IMG/VR virus record: IMGVR_UViG_3300045000_000052
Span: 1 to 56,250 of that record
Strand: one strand, 5' to 3'
From: a virus
Taxonomy: Duplodnaviria > Caudoviricetes
DNA length: 56,250 bases
Shown: in pieces, positions 45,162 to 55,183 of the stretch
Numbering within the stretch: position 1 is the stretch's first letter
Layout: the number at the start of each line of letters is the position of its first letter
The notes under the pieces: generated by a model
What the model was told of the DNA's origin: nothing
The model's database searches: none
Seen by the model: only the letters and a program-made list of their open reading frames with translations
Translations under genes and position numbers: made by a program

Positions 45162-45710
45162 CTAGATCCCTAACATGGCGTCGAACACGTCACTTGTGAC
45201 CAGCCGCTTACCGTGGCCGAGGTCGAGCCCTTCCCCGTCCTTGGCCAGCGCGGCGGCCGGGGTGAGCTTCTCGCCGTAGTACTCGAGCAGCTCGGCGTAC
45301 TGCTGTTGGTAGAGCTTGGCCAGGCTCGGCGGCCGGGCCGCCACGGGCTCGACCAGGGGCACCGGCGGCGGGCGCTGGCCGGCTTTCTTGCGCCGCTCGA
45401 GCATTTTCTTGACCTCGGGGTCATCGGGGTCGGTGGTCCACTTGGTGTACTCGGAGCGGAGCCAGTAGCTCATCAGGTCCACCAAATCGGCCAAGTTGGT
45501 GGCGATCAGCGACCAGTCCGCCATGTCTCCCATCTCGGCGCGCCCGGTGGCCGAGCCGGGCGGTAGCTGGCGGATCAGCTGCGCCAGCGTGATGGCTGGC
45601 ACGGTGTCGAGCGCGGTGTCCAGGTCGAGGCTGTAGTAACGCTGTAGGTCAGCGCGGATCGCATCCTGACGAGTGGCCAGCCCGCCGGCCAGGATGCTCA
45701 GGCTTCCCCC
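45162..45710 (-). CDS. Tail assembly chaperone, -1 frameshift extension
   Basis: AIRADLQRYY...LIRQLPPGS; entered through GGGGGAA at 45710-45704. Confidence 0.75.
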   Translation of the reverse strand, partial: GGSLSILAGGLATRQDAIRADLQRYYSLDLDTALDTVPAITLAQLIRQLPPGSATGRAEMGDMADWSLIATNLADLVDLMSYWLRSEYTKWTTDPDDPEVKKMLERRKKAGQRPPPVPLVEPVAARPPSLAKLYQQQYAELLEYYGEKLTPAAALAKDGEGLDLGHGKRLVTSDVFDAMLGI

Positions 45711-46153
45711 AGGGCCCCCCGCATCGCCCCGCCGAGCCCGGCCGCCACGCCGAACTGAGTCACCACGGCGTTGGCCTTGGCCATCGCCAGGGTCTCGATG
45801 TACTCGGTGAGGCGCACCGCATCCTCGGCGCCCACGATCTGTGACCACCACGCCACCGATGCCTCGGGGGACTCGTCGGCGGCGGCGGCCGTGTTCACCA
45901 GCTTGTTGGCCTCGGGGGCGGTGAAGTCGCGGCGCACCAGGTAGGTGTGCCCATCGAGCAGGATCGGTTGCGGTGAGGTGTCGATCCGGGCGAGCTGCTC
46001 GTCCAGATTGATCACGTTGGTGGGGGCCGGCGGTCCACCGAGCCGATAGCCGTTCGGGGCCGGCGGCTCGGTGGACTGCTGGGCCATGGCCGCCGCTACA
46101 GCGGCCATGATCTCGGGGCTGATCTCGGGGGCTGGGCTGCCCTGCTCTGTCAC
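45698..46153 (-). CDS. Tail assembly chaperone
   Basis: Between major tail and tape measure; ends LGEA at the slippery site. Confidence 0.8.
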   Translation of the reverse strand: MTEQGSPAPEISPEIMAAVAAAMAQQSTEPPAPNGYRLGGPPAPTNVINLDEQLARIDTSPQPILLDGHTYLVRRDFTAPEANKLVNTAAAADESPEASVAWWSQIVGAEDAVRLTEYIETLAMAKANAVVTQFGVAAGLGGAMRGALGEA

Positions 46154-46166
46154 GGTGAGGCTCCCC

Positions 46167-46736
46167 TTACGTCAGTGGGTTTTCGGTCAGGAACTTGCGC
46201 ACAGCCTTGCCGCCGCCGGTCGGGGCCAGCGGGCCGATCTCGAGGTCGAACCCCTCGACATCGTCATCAGCACCCATGGTCTCCTCGGGCACGTTGGTCA
46301 GCTCACTCTTGGCGATGTAGTACGCCTTCTGGTGCGCGCCGTCGACCACCCGGAGCACAATGGCGAACTGTTCAACATCACCCTCGATCAGCTCGAACAT
46401 CCCCGAGCTGGTCGCGGTCTCAGCGACCGAGCCACCACGGAGCAGCGTGAGCACGGTGGCCTTGGAGTAGTCCACCGGGCGCAGCGCGATCGAGGGGGAC
46501 GGCGGTTGCTTGATGCGCTTATAGGGCGCGCCGCTCTTGTTGTTCCACACATCGACGTCAGTCGTGTCCTGACTGACCGTCAGCGTGAACCCCGCCTTGA
46601 TGCCACCGAACGGCACCCAGGCGGTCTCGAGGGTGTCCGCGAAAATATCCACCGGCAGCACTGTGCCCGCCGGTGCCCGCCACGCATCACCGTCCAGCCA
46701 CAACCGGGCCTTATCCGGGTTCGCGAAATCCGACAT
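46167..46736 (-). CDS. Major tail protein
   Basis: WRAPAGT..P, WVPFG, VDVWN, AIVLRVVDG; GGAGG RBS. Confidence 0.85.
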   Translation of the reverse strand: MSDFANPDKARLWLDGDAWRAPAGTVLPVDIFADTLETAWVPFGGIKAGFTLTVSQDTTDVDVWNNKSGAPYKRIKQPPSPSIALRPVDYSKATVLTLLRGGSVAETATSSGMFELIEGDVEQFAIVLRVVDGAHQKAYYIAKSELTNVPEETMGADDDVEGFDLEIGPLAPTGGGKAVRKFLTENPLT

Positions 46737-46780
46737 CTCACCATCCTCCAGATATGTTGATCTTTCGGGCTGCCGGGGTT

Positions 46781-46829
46781 CCGCCCCCGCCGGGCAGGGC
46801 AGCCCACCACCGTGTTCCGGCGGGGGCGG
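46781..46829. other. Intergenic hairpin upstream of the major tail gene
   Basis: CCGCCCCCGCCGG/CCGGCGGGGGCGG 13-bp inverted repeat. Confidence 0.5.
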
Positions 46830-46838
46830 TCTGTGGGC

Positions 46839-47336
46839 TCACTGGGCTTTCACGCGCAGCTCGGCGCGCACCAGGCAGCCGTAAAGCGGCGCGTCCTCGC
46901 CCCTGGTCTTGTCCAGGACGGGCAACGGGCCATCGGTGACCCGAGACAGCGACCAACGCGAGATCGACCCGTCAGCGTCCTCCCAGGCCACATTGCGGGC
47001 CCGGGCTAGCACACCGGCGGCCCGGGCGGCGATGGCCCAGGCGATCACCTCGGGCTCGACCCCGTTGCCCGGGGCGCACCACCCGTTGATCTGCACCAGG
47101 GGCAGCCACGCGCCGGCCGAGGCATCGGCGGGGAATCCGCCGGGCGCCTGGCACACCGCGTAGGGCCGGGTGACGTCGCGGGGCGAGCGGGCGGTGTAGC
47201 AGCGCCCGCCGACCAGCTCGGTGAACCCGGTATCGGCCAGCAGCCACGCGCGCACCAGGGCCGGCACGTAGGGCAGCACCGGGGCGCTGGGCGCCGAGGT
47301 GAACCCGGGGCCGAGCCCGAGCGGCTCGAGGCTCAT
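46839..47336 (-). CDS. Tail terminator
   Basis: MSLEPL start; VRAWLLAD...VGGRCY...VQINGW; synteny. Confidence 0.75.
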   Translation of the reverse strand: MSLEPLGLGPGFTSAPSAPVLPYVPALVRAWLLADTGFTELVGGRCYTARSPRDVTRPYAVCQAPGGFPADASAGAWLPLVQINGWCAPGNGVEPEVIAWAIAARAAGVLARARNVAWEDADGSISRWSLSRVTDGPLPVLDKTRGEDAPLYGCLVRAELRVKAQ

Positions 47337-47656
47337 CGCGGCTGCATACCGGTGTACTTGCCGAACTTGCGCGCCGCGTTGGTCATGGTCGCGTGCGCCG
47401 GGGTGTCCGAGGTGCCGTACTCGATGTAGATCGACCGCTCGTCGCCGGCCTCGGCGTAGACCTTGTCGCCGGCCGAGGTGACCGTCATCGAGTCGCGGAA
47501 ATCGCCGGTGTCGACCGGGGCGCTGCCGCGGGCGTCGTCCACGATTGCCTGGGCGATGGCCTCGAGCCCGGCCTTGGTGCCCAGCTTGGCCTCGGCGATG
47601 GCCAACGCGGCGTACACCTCGATCCGGACCCTGCCACCAACTCCGCGAGCCATCAT
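47333..47656 (-). CDS. HK97 gp10-family tail-completion protein
   Basis: APVDTGDFRDS, YIEYGT. Confidence 0.85.
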   Translation of the reverse strand: MMARGVGGRVRIEVYAALAIAEAKLGTKAGLEAIAQAIVDDARGSAPVDTGDFRDSMTVTSAGDKVYAEAGDERSIYIEYGTSDTPAHATMTNAARKFGKYTGMQPR

Positions 47657-48030
47657 GCCCCCTGTAGGTCGGAGATCCGCCGGAGCGCGGCGGCTTGGTA
47701 GTACGGCTTGGCGCCGCCGGGGTACGGGCTGCGCGCCCGGGCCGCCGGGGAGCCCTCAACCTCATAGCGGAACCCGTCCGAGTCCTCGATCACCGAGACG
47801 GGCAACAGCGGCGCGCCGGGCGGCACAATCAGCGTGTAGAGCGCCACCACGGTGGTCTGTTCGCCGGAGATCTCGATAGCGCTCGAGAGGTTTTCCACCG
47901 GGCGCTGAGACAGATACGCGCGGGTCACCGTGCGCACCGGGGCGCCGGCCACCTCGTTGCCCGTGGTGGGTGAGGTGGTCGGCGGGCCCGGGTTGATCAG
48001 AGTGACCTTATGCGGGAGTCGGGGCGCCAC
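47653..48030 (-). CDS. Head-to-tail stopper
   Basis: Synteny; VTLINP...YEVEGSP. Confidence 0.7.
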   Translation of the reverse strand: MAPRLPHKVTLINPGPPTTSPTTGNEVAGAPVRTVTRAYLSQRPVENLSSAIEISGEQTTVVALYTLIVPPGAPLLPVSVIEDSDGFRYEVEGSPAARARSPYPGGAKPYYQAAALRRISDLQGA

Positions 48031-48211
48031 TGTCGGCAGACTCGTCGGGCTGCTCGTCAGCCACGTCCTCGGCGGTGGCCCCGCCGGCCTCGAGCTTGCG
48101 CTGAGTCGCCGAGCCCCGGGCGGTGAAGTGGACCCGCCCGTCCTCGTCTGTCAGCGATACCACGGGCGACTCAGAGCTAGCCGAGTCGTCTGACTTGCGC
48201 TTGGTTGCCAT
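48008..48211 (-). CDS. Small hypothetical neck-region protein
   Basis: GAGG RBS, coupled to neighbours. Confidence 0.55.
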   Translation of the reverse strand: MATKRKSDDSASSESPVVSLTDEDGRVHFTARGSATQRKLEAGGATAEDVADEQPDESADSGAPTPA

Positions 48212-48218
48212 GCCTGCC

Positions 48219-48632
48219 TCACATCGCCGGGGTGACTGAGAATGCTTTGCCCCAGGCCAGCCCCTCGCCGGCCGGGGTGATCATTTTGAGCTCGTCGGGC
48301 TCGAGCCGGAGCCCGGCCTTGGCTATCTGGGAGTACTGGACGCTGTATTCCGGATGCGACTCGCCCACGATCGCGATGCCGCCCCGGTCCACACTGGACA
48401 GTGCCCTGATGAGCACCTGACTGGCCACGGCTTGCACCATGGCCGCCGAGACCCGCCCGGCGCCGATCCACGTGTCGATGCTCGGGCGTAGCGAGCGGAT
48501 GAGCGCCGAGGTGTCGTCACAGAGCGCCTCGACCTGGGCCAGCTCGCCGTCATCCTCCCAAGTAGTCCGGAGCCTGGCCGCGATGTCCTCGGGGGTTACC
48601 AGTGGCTCGAGGCCAGGGTCCGGACCGCTCAT
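48219..48632 (-). CDS. Head-to-tail adaptor
   Basis: VTPEDIAARL...CDDTSALIR...ESHPEYSVQY...LEPDEL. Confidence 0.8.
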   Translation of the reverse strand: MSGPDPGLEPLVTPEDIAARLRTTWEDDGELAQVEALCDDTSALIRSLRPSIDTWIGAGRVSAAMVQAVASQVLIRALSSVDRGGIAIVGESHPEYSVQYSQIAKAGLRLEPDELKMITPAGEGLAWGKAFSVTPAM

Positions 48633-48638
48633 CGCGAC

Positions 48639-48893
48639 CTACTTTCGGGCCGCCGGCCGGGCCGCCGGCTTGGCCGGGGCGGAATCCTTCTCCGCGTCCT
48701 CGGCTGCCTTGGCCCGAGCCTCCTGAGCCTCGAGAGCGGCATCCTCGGCCGCCTGGATCTGCTCGGCCGGGGTGGGCTGCTCGTCCTCCTCGAACGCGCG
48801 CTCGTTTTCGACCTTGACCCCATCGGGCAGCTCGGTGCCGGCCGGGTAGACAACCCCGTCCACCGAGACAGTCTTGCTGAGCGTCTTACCCAT
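48639..48893 (-). CDS. Small capsid-associated hypothetical protein
   Basis: AGGAG RBS after the capsid gene. Confidence 0.65.
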   Translation of the reverse strand: MGKTLSKTVSVDGVVYPAGTELPDGVKVENERAFEEDEQPTPAEQIQAAEDAALEAQEARAKAAEDAEKDSAPAKPAARPAARK

Positions 48894-48904
48894 GATCGAC
48901 TCTC

Positions 48905-49942
48905 CTAGGCCACGTCGGCAACGAGGGTGAGATCGGGGTTACCCAGGATCGGCAGGCCGATGGCCGAGCCGATCGTGAGCACCCTGATCGGGGTGGGCTT
49001 GTTGATGAAAGCACCGACCACGATGCCGCCGAGATCCTGCCCGCCGGCCAGCCCGTACTCGGGCTGCTGGCTTTCCAGGGTGGCGCCGTAGGTGGTCTCG
49101 CCGAGCTTCTGCCCCGGGGGCGGCAGGAACAGCAGCTTGTCATCGGCGATGTAGCGCCGCGACACGTTGAGCTGGTCGATCGCCCGGGCGTCGTATGCCC
49201 GCAGCGGCGGCAACCCGAAGTCGCTCAGCACGTCGTTGACGTTGTTGGGCCGCACGGTCCCGACGTTCACCGTGCCGTTGGGGTAGACCGAGGACAGGAA
49301 CTGGGCGTTACGGCACAGCAGCCGGATAACCCGGGTCGAGGTCCAAATCTGCCCCGGCAGCGTGCCGTTGGTATCGACGTAGATGTCGGCCCAGGCCTGG
49401 AGATCGTCAATCGGCACCGAGGTGGACGTGTTCGACCACAGCGCGCCGGCCGGGGTCACCGAGTGCTCGGCTTTGCGGCCAAAGTTCACGGTGGCCATGA
49501 CGCCGTTGTCCGCGATGGTCACGGAGCCGTTGACCAGGGCATCGGCCCGGGCGAATTCCATCCGCACATCAATCGAGCGGACAATGCGCACCGTGTCGCG
49601 GAGCAGCACATCGCGGACCTCTTGGTCAGCGTTGCGCAACCGCAGCTGCGAGTACTCATCGAGTACATACTGCTGCCCGATGGCCGGCAGCTCGCCGGTG
49701 ATCCGCATGAACCCGTCCCGCTTGCCGAAGGTGGGCTCAGCGTCGTAGCTGCGGAAATTGGCGGCCGAGATGAGCCCCGCATCGGTGCCCCGGTTGAACC
49801 GGTACATCAGGTCATTGACCGGGGTGTCCGGGAGCAGCTCGGAGAGCACCAGGGCGTTCTCGGGGCGGTCCGCGATGGCCGCCCGGGCGTACCCGGTCAG
49901 CTCGGCGGGGGTGATGTGATCATAGAAAATGTCGAGCGCCAT
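48905..49942 (-). CDS. Major capsid protein
   Basis: FRSYDAE, GELPAIG, R.EFARADAL..G, WS...PIDDL, LGETTYG; GGAGAGG RBS. Confidence 0.9.
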   Translation of the reverse strand: MALDIFYDHITPAELTGYARAAIADRPENALVLSELLPDTPVNDLMYRFNRGTDAGLISAANFRSYDAEPTFGKRDGFMRITGELPAIGQQYVLDEYSQLRLRNADQEVRDVLLRDTVRIVRSIDVRMEFARADALVNGSVTIADNGVMATVNFGRKAEHSVTPAGALWSNTSTSVPIDDLQAWADIYVDTNGTLPGQIWTSTRVIRLLCRNAQFLSSVYPNGTVNVGTVRPNNVNDVLSDFGLPPLRAYDARAIDQLNVSRRYIADDKLLFLPPPGQKLGETTYGATLESQQPEYGLAGGQDLGGIVVGAFINKPTPIRVLTIGSAIGLPILGNPDLTLVADVA

Positions 49943-49957
49943 GATCTACACCTCTCC

Positions 49958-50335
49958 CTAGTAGAACAGGATGCGGCCGGCGGCCGTACCCTGCCCGGTT
50001 GCGTCCACGGCGAACGGCAGCTTGGTTGCGATGACCTTGCAGTGGTCCAGCATCGCCGCGGCGACATCGACCGTGTTGACCAGCGGCGCGGGCACCCCGG
50101 CGAACAGGAACCCGGCCAGCGCCTTGGTGGTCGCCCAGGGCTCATACATCTTGCTGGTGCTGTTGTAGGTCAGCGCGATGCCGGCCAGGAACATGCCGTT
50201 TGGGTAGTGGGTACCAGGGGTAAAGGTGCTGGTATCCAGGGTGACGGAGCGTGCCTCCATGATGCCGTGGCGGCTTGCCAGCCACGACATGTCATCAGAG
50301 ACAAAGCTCTCGCTTGTCTGCTGTAGGAAAGACAT
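49958..50335 (-). CDS. Head decoration protein
   Basis: WLASRHG...SVTLD...HYPNG...LAGFLF; between scaffold and capsid. Confidence 0.8.
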   Translation of the reverse strand: MSFLQQTSESFVSDDMSWLASRHGIMEARSVTLDTSTFTPGTHYPNGMFLAGIALTYNSTSKMYEPWATTKALAGFLFAGVPAPLVNTVDVAAAMLDHCKVIATKLPFAVDATGQGTAAGRILFY

Positions 50336-50346
50336 CGGACAGCCTC

Positions 50347-50979
50347 TCAGCTGGGCTTGGGGTTTCTGCTCTGATACAGCGCTCGCCCGGCGGCTACCGT
50401 CGCGGTAGCTGGCGGTGTCCCGTTACCGGCCGACTGGGCCGGGTTGGGGGCGAATGTAGGCGGCGCCGTCGCGGCTGCCCGTCCCGCGTTGATCGCCACC
50501 AGCCTAGCGGCCTGGGCGGTCAGCTCATCCTCGGTGGTGCCGGTGAGCAAGATCAGGTCATCGGCACCGATGCTGTGTTGCGTGGCGATCTGGAGTCGCA
50601 ATCGCTGCGATTCGCTCGCCTGATACCTGGCCTGCCAGTCCGCCGCCTCGGCCTTGGCTTTGTCGGTCTCGGACAGGTTGGCGCGCTCGATGGTGTCGAG
50701 CTTGGCCTTGGCCGCCGCTAGCTCACGCTCGGCCTTGGCCGCCCGGTCCCGCTCGGCCTTGAGCGCTTTTTCCCCGTTCGGCCCCAGTGCCGGATCGCCC
50801 GGCGGGTTCGGTGGCGTTGGCGGGGTGGGTGGCGCACCGGCACTAGGGGGCGGTGTCGGGGCGCCGGGCGCCGGTTGACTATCCGGGGGAGTAGTCGGCG
50901 GCGTTGCCGGCGGGGTGCCCGGCCCGTTGGCGGGCGGGGGCGCCGGCGGTACTGCTGGGTTTCCTGTGGGTGTCGACAT
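50347..50979 (-). CDS. Scaffolding protein
   Basis: LGPNGEKALKAER, ERANLSETDK, LTGTTEDEL. Confidence 0.85.
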   Translation of the reverse strand: MSTPTGNPAVPPAPPPANGPGTPPATPPTTPPDSQPAPGAPTPPPSAGAPPTPPTPPNPPGDPALGPNGEKALKAERDRAAKAERELAAAKAKLDTIERANLSETDKAKAEAADWQARYQASESQRLRLQIATQHSIGADDLILLTGTTEDELTAQAARLVAINAGRAAATAPPTFAPNPAQSAGNGTPPATATVAAGRALYQSRNPKPS

Positions 50980-51021
50980 CGCGTCGGCATTCCTTTCTCC
51001 CCGAGCATCGCGCCCAGGTCG

Positions 51022-51948
51022 TCAGACGATGTATCCATACCGGTAGAGCGCCGCGAGAGTCTCCTCACGGGTCCAGCCACCCGCCTCGGCCTGGGCCATG
51101 ATCTCATCAGGCAGTAGCCGAGCCTGGCCATTGAGCCGCGAGCCCGCGAGCCCGCGTTTGGTGGTGCCGGTGGTGGTCACGCCGGCCACCGTGGTGACCC
51201 CGTCGAACGCGTTCACCGACTGGGCGATGTTCGCGCCGGCCCGGATGGCGGCGGCCGCCCCGCCGAATACGGCGTCCTGCCCGGCGGCGCCCAGGCGGTT
51301 GAAGTACGCCCGGGGGTTGGTGGTCCAGTCGCCCGGGGAGTCCTCGGCCGAGGGGATCATGTAACAGTCGCACTGCGGATGGCGCAGGAACGCCGAGCGC
51401 CGGTAGTGCCGCCCGGCCAGCACGGCGCACCGGGCGCAGGACACACCGCGCAGCGCCCGCACGTAGGACTTGGCGGCCCGGCGGGTGAACATGCCCACCG
51501 AGACCGCCGAGCGCGCCATGTCCCGCATGCCGGCCGTAGTGACCGCCGCCGCCACGTAGCGCCCTCGAGCGGTGGCCAGGCTCGAGCCAGCGCCGGCGGC
51601 GATGGCGTCGCTGTAGGCCGAGGTCGGGGCGTAGACCAGGTTGCGCAGCCATGAGCCGCCGCCATCGGTCTGATCGACGAACGTGCCGGCGGCGATCTTG
51701 GCATCAGCGGCCGGGTCGGCCCCCTGGGCGGTGAGCACATCGTCTAGGTAGCCGTCCGCCTGCTCGACCCCGGCGCGCTGTAGGTCCAGCAGCACCGGCG
51801 CCGCGTCGGTCACGGCGGCGAGCCAGCGGTCCGAGTTGCCGAGCGCCCCGCTGGCCGCGTCCACCTGGCCGGCGGCATAGCTGGTGAGTAGCTCGAGGTC
51901 GTTGGAGTAGCCGGTCGCGATGTCAGCGACCAGCGCCGGCGGCGGCAC
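51022..51948 (-). CDS. MuF-like minor capsid / maturation protein
   Basis: SCARCAVLAG...FLRHPQCDC...RLLPDEI...LYRYGYI. Confidence 0.75.
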   Translation of the reverse strand: MPPPALVADIATGYSNDLELLTSYAAGQVDAASGALGNSDRWLAAVTDAAPVLLDLQRAGVEQADGYLDDVLTAQGADPAADAKIAAGTFVDQTDGGGSWLRNLVYAPTSAYSDAIAAGAGSSLATARGRYVAAAVTTAGMRDMARSAVSVGMFTRRAAKSYVRALRGVSCARCAVLAGRHYRRSAFLRHPQCDCYMIPSAEDSPGDWTTNPRAYFNRLGAAGQDAVFGGAAAAIRAGANIAQSVNAFDGVTTVAGVTTTGTTKRGLAGSRLNGQARLLPDEIMAQAEAGGWTREETLAALYRYGYIV

Positions 51949-53464
51949 CGTTGCCCCCCGGGTTGGGCGGCCCAGCTGGCGCCGGCGGCTGCTGGCCCTG
52001 GGCCGGCGGCTGCTGGCCGCCCGGCGGCGGTGGGATGGCGGCGCCGCCGGCGGCCACGCCGAGCCCCTTGAGCCCGTTGAGGATGTTGGACGTCCGGGCC
52101 GCGTCGCTGCCGCCCCGGGCGTTCATCAGGGCGCGCTGCGCCGGGGTGTAGCCGCAATCTTCCTGGGCCTGTTCCTTGTCGATGATGCCGGCGGCGGTCA
52201 GCTTGACCGCGCGGTCCGCGATCGCCGAGGCGGTCGGGGTGGACGGGTCACGCCAGACGGTTTCCATCCGGTTGCCCTCGTCGGGGTTGCGGTCCATCAT
52301 CGCCAGCGCAATGCGCATCGCCCGTTCCCAGGCGCCGCCCTTGCCGCGCTGGTGCCGCTCGGCCCGCTTGACCAGCCGGGCCTCGCTCGAGCGGATGGCG
52401 TCCGCGCTGGCCGGGTTTTCGCTCGAGTACCCGAGGTAGTGCGGTGGGAGCCCGTACTTGGACGCGGCCAGGGTCGAGATCTGGCGAATCACCGCGATGT
52501 AGTTATTGAGGTCGCTGGCGGTGAACTGGCCGATCTGGGGCCGGTCGCCCTCACCGGCCGGGATGCGCCGGCCGTCCTCATCGACCGGCGGCGGCACCGC
52601 CCAGAGGTAGCCGGCGGCGACCTGCCAGGCCTTGAGTTGGTTGCCCTGCTCGTCGGTGAACATCGCCGGGTCGAGGTTGATTGCCCACCGCCGGGGCAGG
52701 GCGTGGTGCTCGACCCCGGCGAGCATGTTGGTGGCGGTCTGATTGACCGCGTCGACCAGCGGCATGACGTCTTTCAGCTCGCTGTAGCCGAGCCCTCGGC
52801 GCGGCCGGTTCAGCATCGGCACCACCGGCACCAGCGGGGATGTCTGATGCGCCTCGAGCTGTTTCGCCCACCCGTCGGTGGTCTTGTCCTCCACTTTCAT
52901 GCCCTTGGCGCCGTGCTGCCAGGTGATCGAGCGCCCGGGTAGGAACAGCTGCGCCATGTCGTTGACGGTGAGCAGATCGTCCGATTTCCACTCTTTGAGC
53001 CCGGCGATGACTCGGCGGGTGGCCGGGTCCACCTCAACCGCCACCTGGTCGGAATACTCGACCGTGACCACCGGGGTATCGGTGTCCGCGGTCGGCGCGG
53101 CCGGGCCGAGCATGATGAACGCCTGGCCGGTGACCATGCTGGCCACGTGCGCCTCGCCGGATGACTCGTCAAGGTCGTTGTCCTGCCAGACGTGCGCAAG
53201 ATCCTCATCGACGTCATCGGCGCCGGCCAGGCGGAACCCCTCGACGTCTAGGCGCTCCTCGACCGCCGCCACGATCAGCTCGGACCAATTGACCCGCAAC
53301 GGCGGGAACCGGTCGCCCTGCTCCTGCAAGATCCGCGCCACGTAGGCAAGGGGCTGCTCGTTGTCGTAGTACGCCCACAGCTTGGCGTGCTCCTGCTCCT
53401 GGGCGGCGCGCTTGCGCTGTAGCCGAGCCAGCCACTCGTCATCGGTCTGATCGAGCAACGCCAC
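51923..53464 (-). CDS. Portal protein (SPP1 gp6-like)
   Basis: YYDNEQPL, NWSELIV..VEERL, VPVVPMLNR, NPASADAI, WRDPSTPT. Confidence 0.95.
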   Translation of the reverse strand: MALLDQTDDEWLARLQRKRAAQEQEHAKLWAYYDNEQPLAYVARILQEQGDRFPPLRVNWSELIVAAVEERLDVEGFRLAGADDVDEDLAHVWQDNDLDESSGEAHVASMVTGQAFIMLGPAAPTADTDTPVVTVEYSDQVAVEVDPATRRVIAGLKEWKSDDLLTVNDMAQLFLPGRSITWQHGAKGMKVEDKTTDGWAKQLEAHQTSPLVPVVPMLNRPRRGLGYSELKDVMPLVDAVNQTATNMLAGVEHHALPRRWAINLDPAMFTDEQGNQLKAWQVAAGYLWAVPPPVDEDGRRIPAGEGDRPQIGQFTASDLNNYIAVIRQISTLAASKYGLPPHYLGYSSENPASADAIRSSEARLVKRAERHQRGKGGAWERAMRIALAMMDRNPDEGNRMETVWRDPSTPTASAIADRAVKLTAAGIIDKEQAQEDCGYTPAQRALMNARGGSDAARTSNILNGLKGLGVAAGGAAIPPPPGGQQPPAQGQQPPAPAGPPNPGGNGAAAGAGR

Positions 53465-53482
53465 GCGCTCACCCCTTCCTAG

Positions 53483-55183
53483 TCAGTTCATCACCACGAC
53501 ACGCCGCCGGGTGACCGCGCGCCCCTCGCCGGCGGCCACGGCGTCGCACCGGGCCTCATGCGCCAGGGCGGCGCACATCGCAAGGTCGATCTTCATGTGC
53601 TCTTTCGGCTTGCCGAGAATGTAGCGCTCGCCGGGTCGCGCCAACTTGCGCGCGTTGCCGACGTGGAGTGCCGCCAACGGATCACCATCGTGGGTGAGCG
53701 TGCCCTCGGCCAAATCCGCCACCACCCGCACCAGGCACTCATGCATGGCCGAGATCCGGTTGGTGGCCCACTCGAACACGATCTTGCCGCCGTAGCGCAG
53801 CGCCCAGGCCTCGATGTCGGTAGCCCAGTCGCGGGGGTCGCAGTACATCCGGACCACCCGGTAGCGGGTCATCAGCTCGTCCACCGCCGCCGCGATCTCG
53901 GTGTGTGGAATGCGCCCGTTGTGCTCGGCCGGGTTCCACACGGTCGGGCGTTGGTCGGGCCCGTAGCGCGGCGTGAACCCGTAGCCGTCGATGGTCTCGG
54001 CGCGAATCGCGGTCCAGTCCTCGGACTCGGAGCCATCGAACCCGAGGCAGATCCGGGTGCCCTTGGCGATGTCACGGTGGGCGGCCCGCGATTCCCATAA
54101 CCCGTCCGGTAGCCAGCTGCCCACCCCGGCCTTGGGGCGGTTGCCGAAGAACCGCTCAGCCTCGACCGGGTCCGTGCTCAGCAGCTCGAACGCCTCGGCC
54201 TCGATGGCGTCCAGGTCGATGTGCCCGCCCCGCTCGCGCAGACTCGAGCCGTAGACGTAGCGGTGGATCCGGCGGCGCTCTCGCTTGTCGGTGTAGCTCA
54301 GGTGCGCCGGGGCGAGGGGGTGGAACCGGAACACGTCCCGGCCGGCGCCCAGCTCGGTGCGCTGCTCGGGGGCCACGGTGTGCGGATCCCAGGCCGAGAC
54401 CGATTCGGCGGTGGCTTGCGCCGTGGTGTCCTCGGTGGGATCCCACGCGTTCGAGGTCTCCTCGGCCCGGCCACCCATGCCGGCCAACCCCCGGCGCTGG
54501 GTGGTGGCGAGGCGGCGCATGCCGTTGGCGCGGCCCCAGATACCCACCTCATCCTGGGGGGCGAACGTGACGGGGTTGCCGAGGCGGGACTGGGCGCTCG
54601 AGGCCACCGCGTCGATCCGCCCGCCACCGGGCAGCCGGATGAACTCCTCGCTCACCCGGGGGATCACCGAGGCCAGCGGGCCGCGCTCGATCATCGGGCG
54701 CAGCCAACCGAACACGTTGTCGGTCTGCTCCTGCGAGTACGCGGTCACCTGGATGAGCGGGGTGGGCCAGTGCAACCCCATCGCCTCGCCGGGCTGATAC
54801 GGGTACTCCCACCCGCACGGGCAGCCGTGCTCGGCGCAGCTGTAACCGTCATCGCGCCCGGCCCACCCACCGAACAGCGCCGGCCCAGCGCCCTCGAGAC
54901 ACACATGCGCGGCGGTGTAGGGCCCCTTGCCGGCTTTCTGCGGCAGCACGATCTGGGCGCGCCGGTAGTGGAACGCGGGCGCCAGCACCGGATCATCGGG
55001 CACCCACTCGGCCGAGGTCTTCACCCGGTAGAAGTTGGCCAGACACCACGCCTGCCACTGCAACAGGGCGAACGGGGCGCCGCGGCGGAACCCGTCCGGG
55101 ATGACGCAATGCGCCTCGGTCCAGTCGATCGCCACATACAGGCACGGGAAGTCGACCAGGAACCCGGCCTCGGGGGACTTCAC
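53483..55183 (-). CDS. terL: Terminase large subunit (packaging operon)
   Basis: PQKAGKG, QDEVG, LGFDGS, YCDP, KIDLAM; directly upstream of the portal. Confidence 0.92.
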   Translation of the reverse strand: MKSPEAGFLVDFPCLYVAIDWTEAHCVIPDGFRRGAPFALLQWQAWCLANFYRVKTSAEWVPDDPVLAPAFHYRRAQIVLPQKAGKGPYTAAHVCLEGAGPALFGGWAGRDDGYSCAEHGCPCGWEYPYQPGEAMGLHWPTPLIQVTAYSQEQTDNVFGWLRPMIERGPLASVIPRVSEEFIRLPGGGRIDAVASSAQSRLGNPVTFAPQDEVGIWGRANGMRRLATTQRRGLAGMGGRAEETSNAWDPTEDTTAQATAESVSAWDPHTVAPEQRTELGAGRDVFRFHPLAPAHLSYTDKRERRRIHRYVYGSSLRERGGHIDLDAIEAEAFELLSTDPVEAERFFGNRPKAGVGSWLPDGLWESRAAHRDIAKGTRICLGFDGSESEDWTAIRAETIDGYGFTPRYGPDQRPTVWNPAEHNGRIPHTEIAAAVDELMTRYRVVRMYCDPRDWATDIEAWALRYGGKIVFEWATNRISAMHECLVRVVADLAEGTLTHDGDPLAALHVGNARKLARPGERYILGKPKEHMKIDLAMCAALAHEARCDAVAAGEGRAVTRRRVVVMN

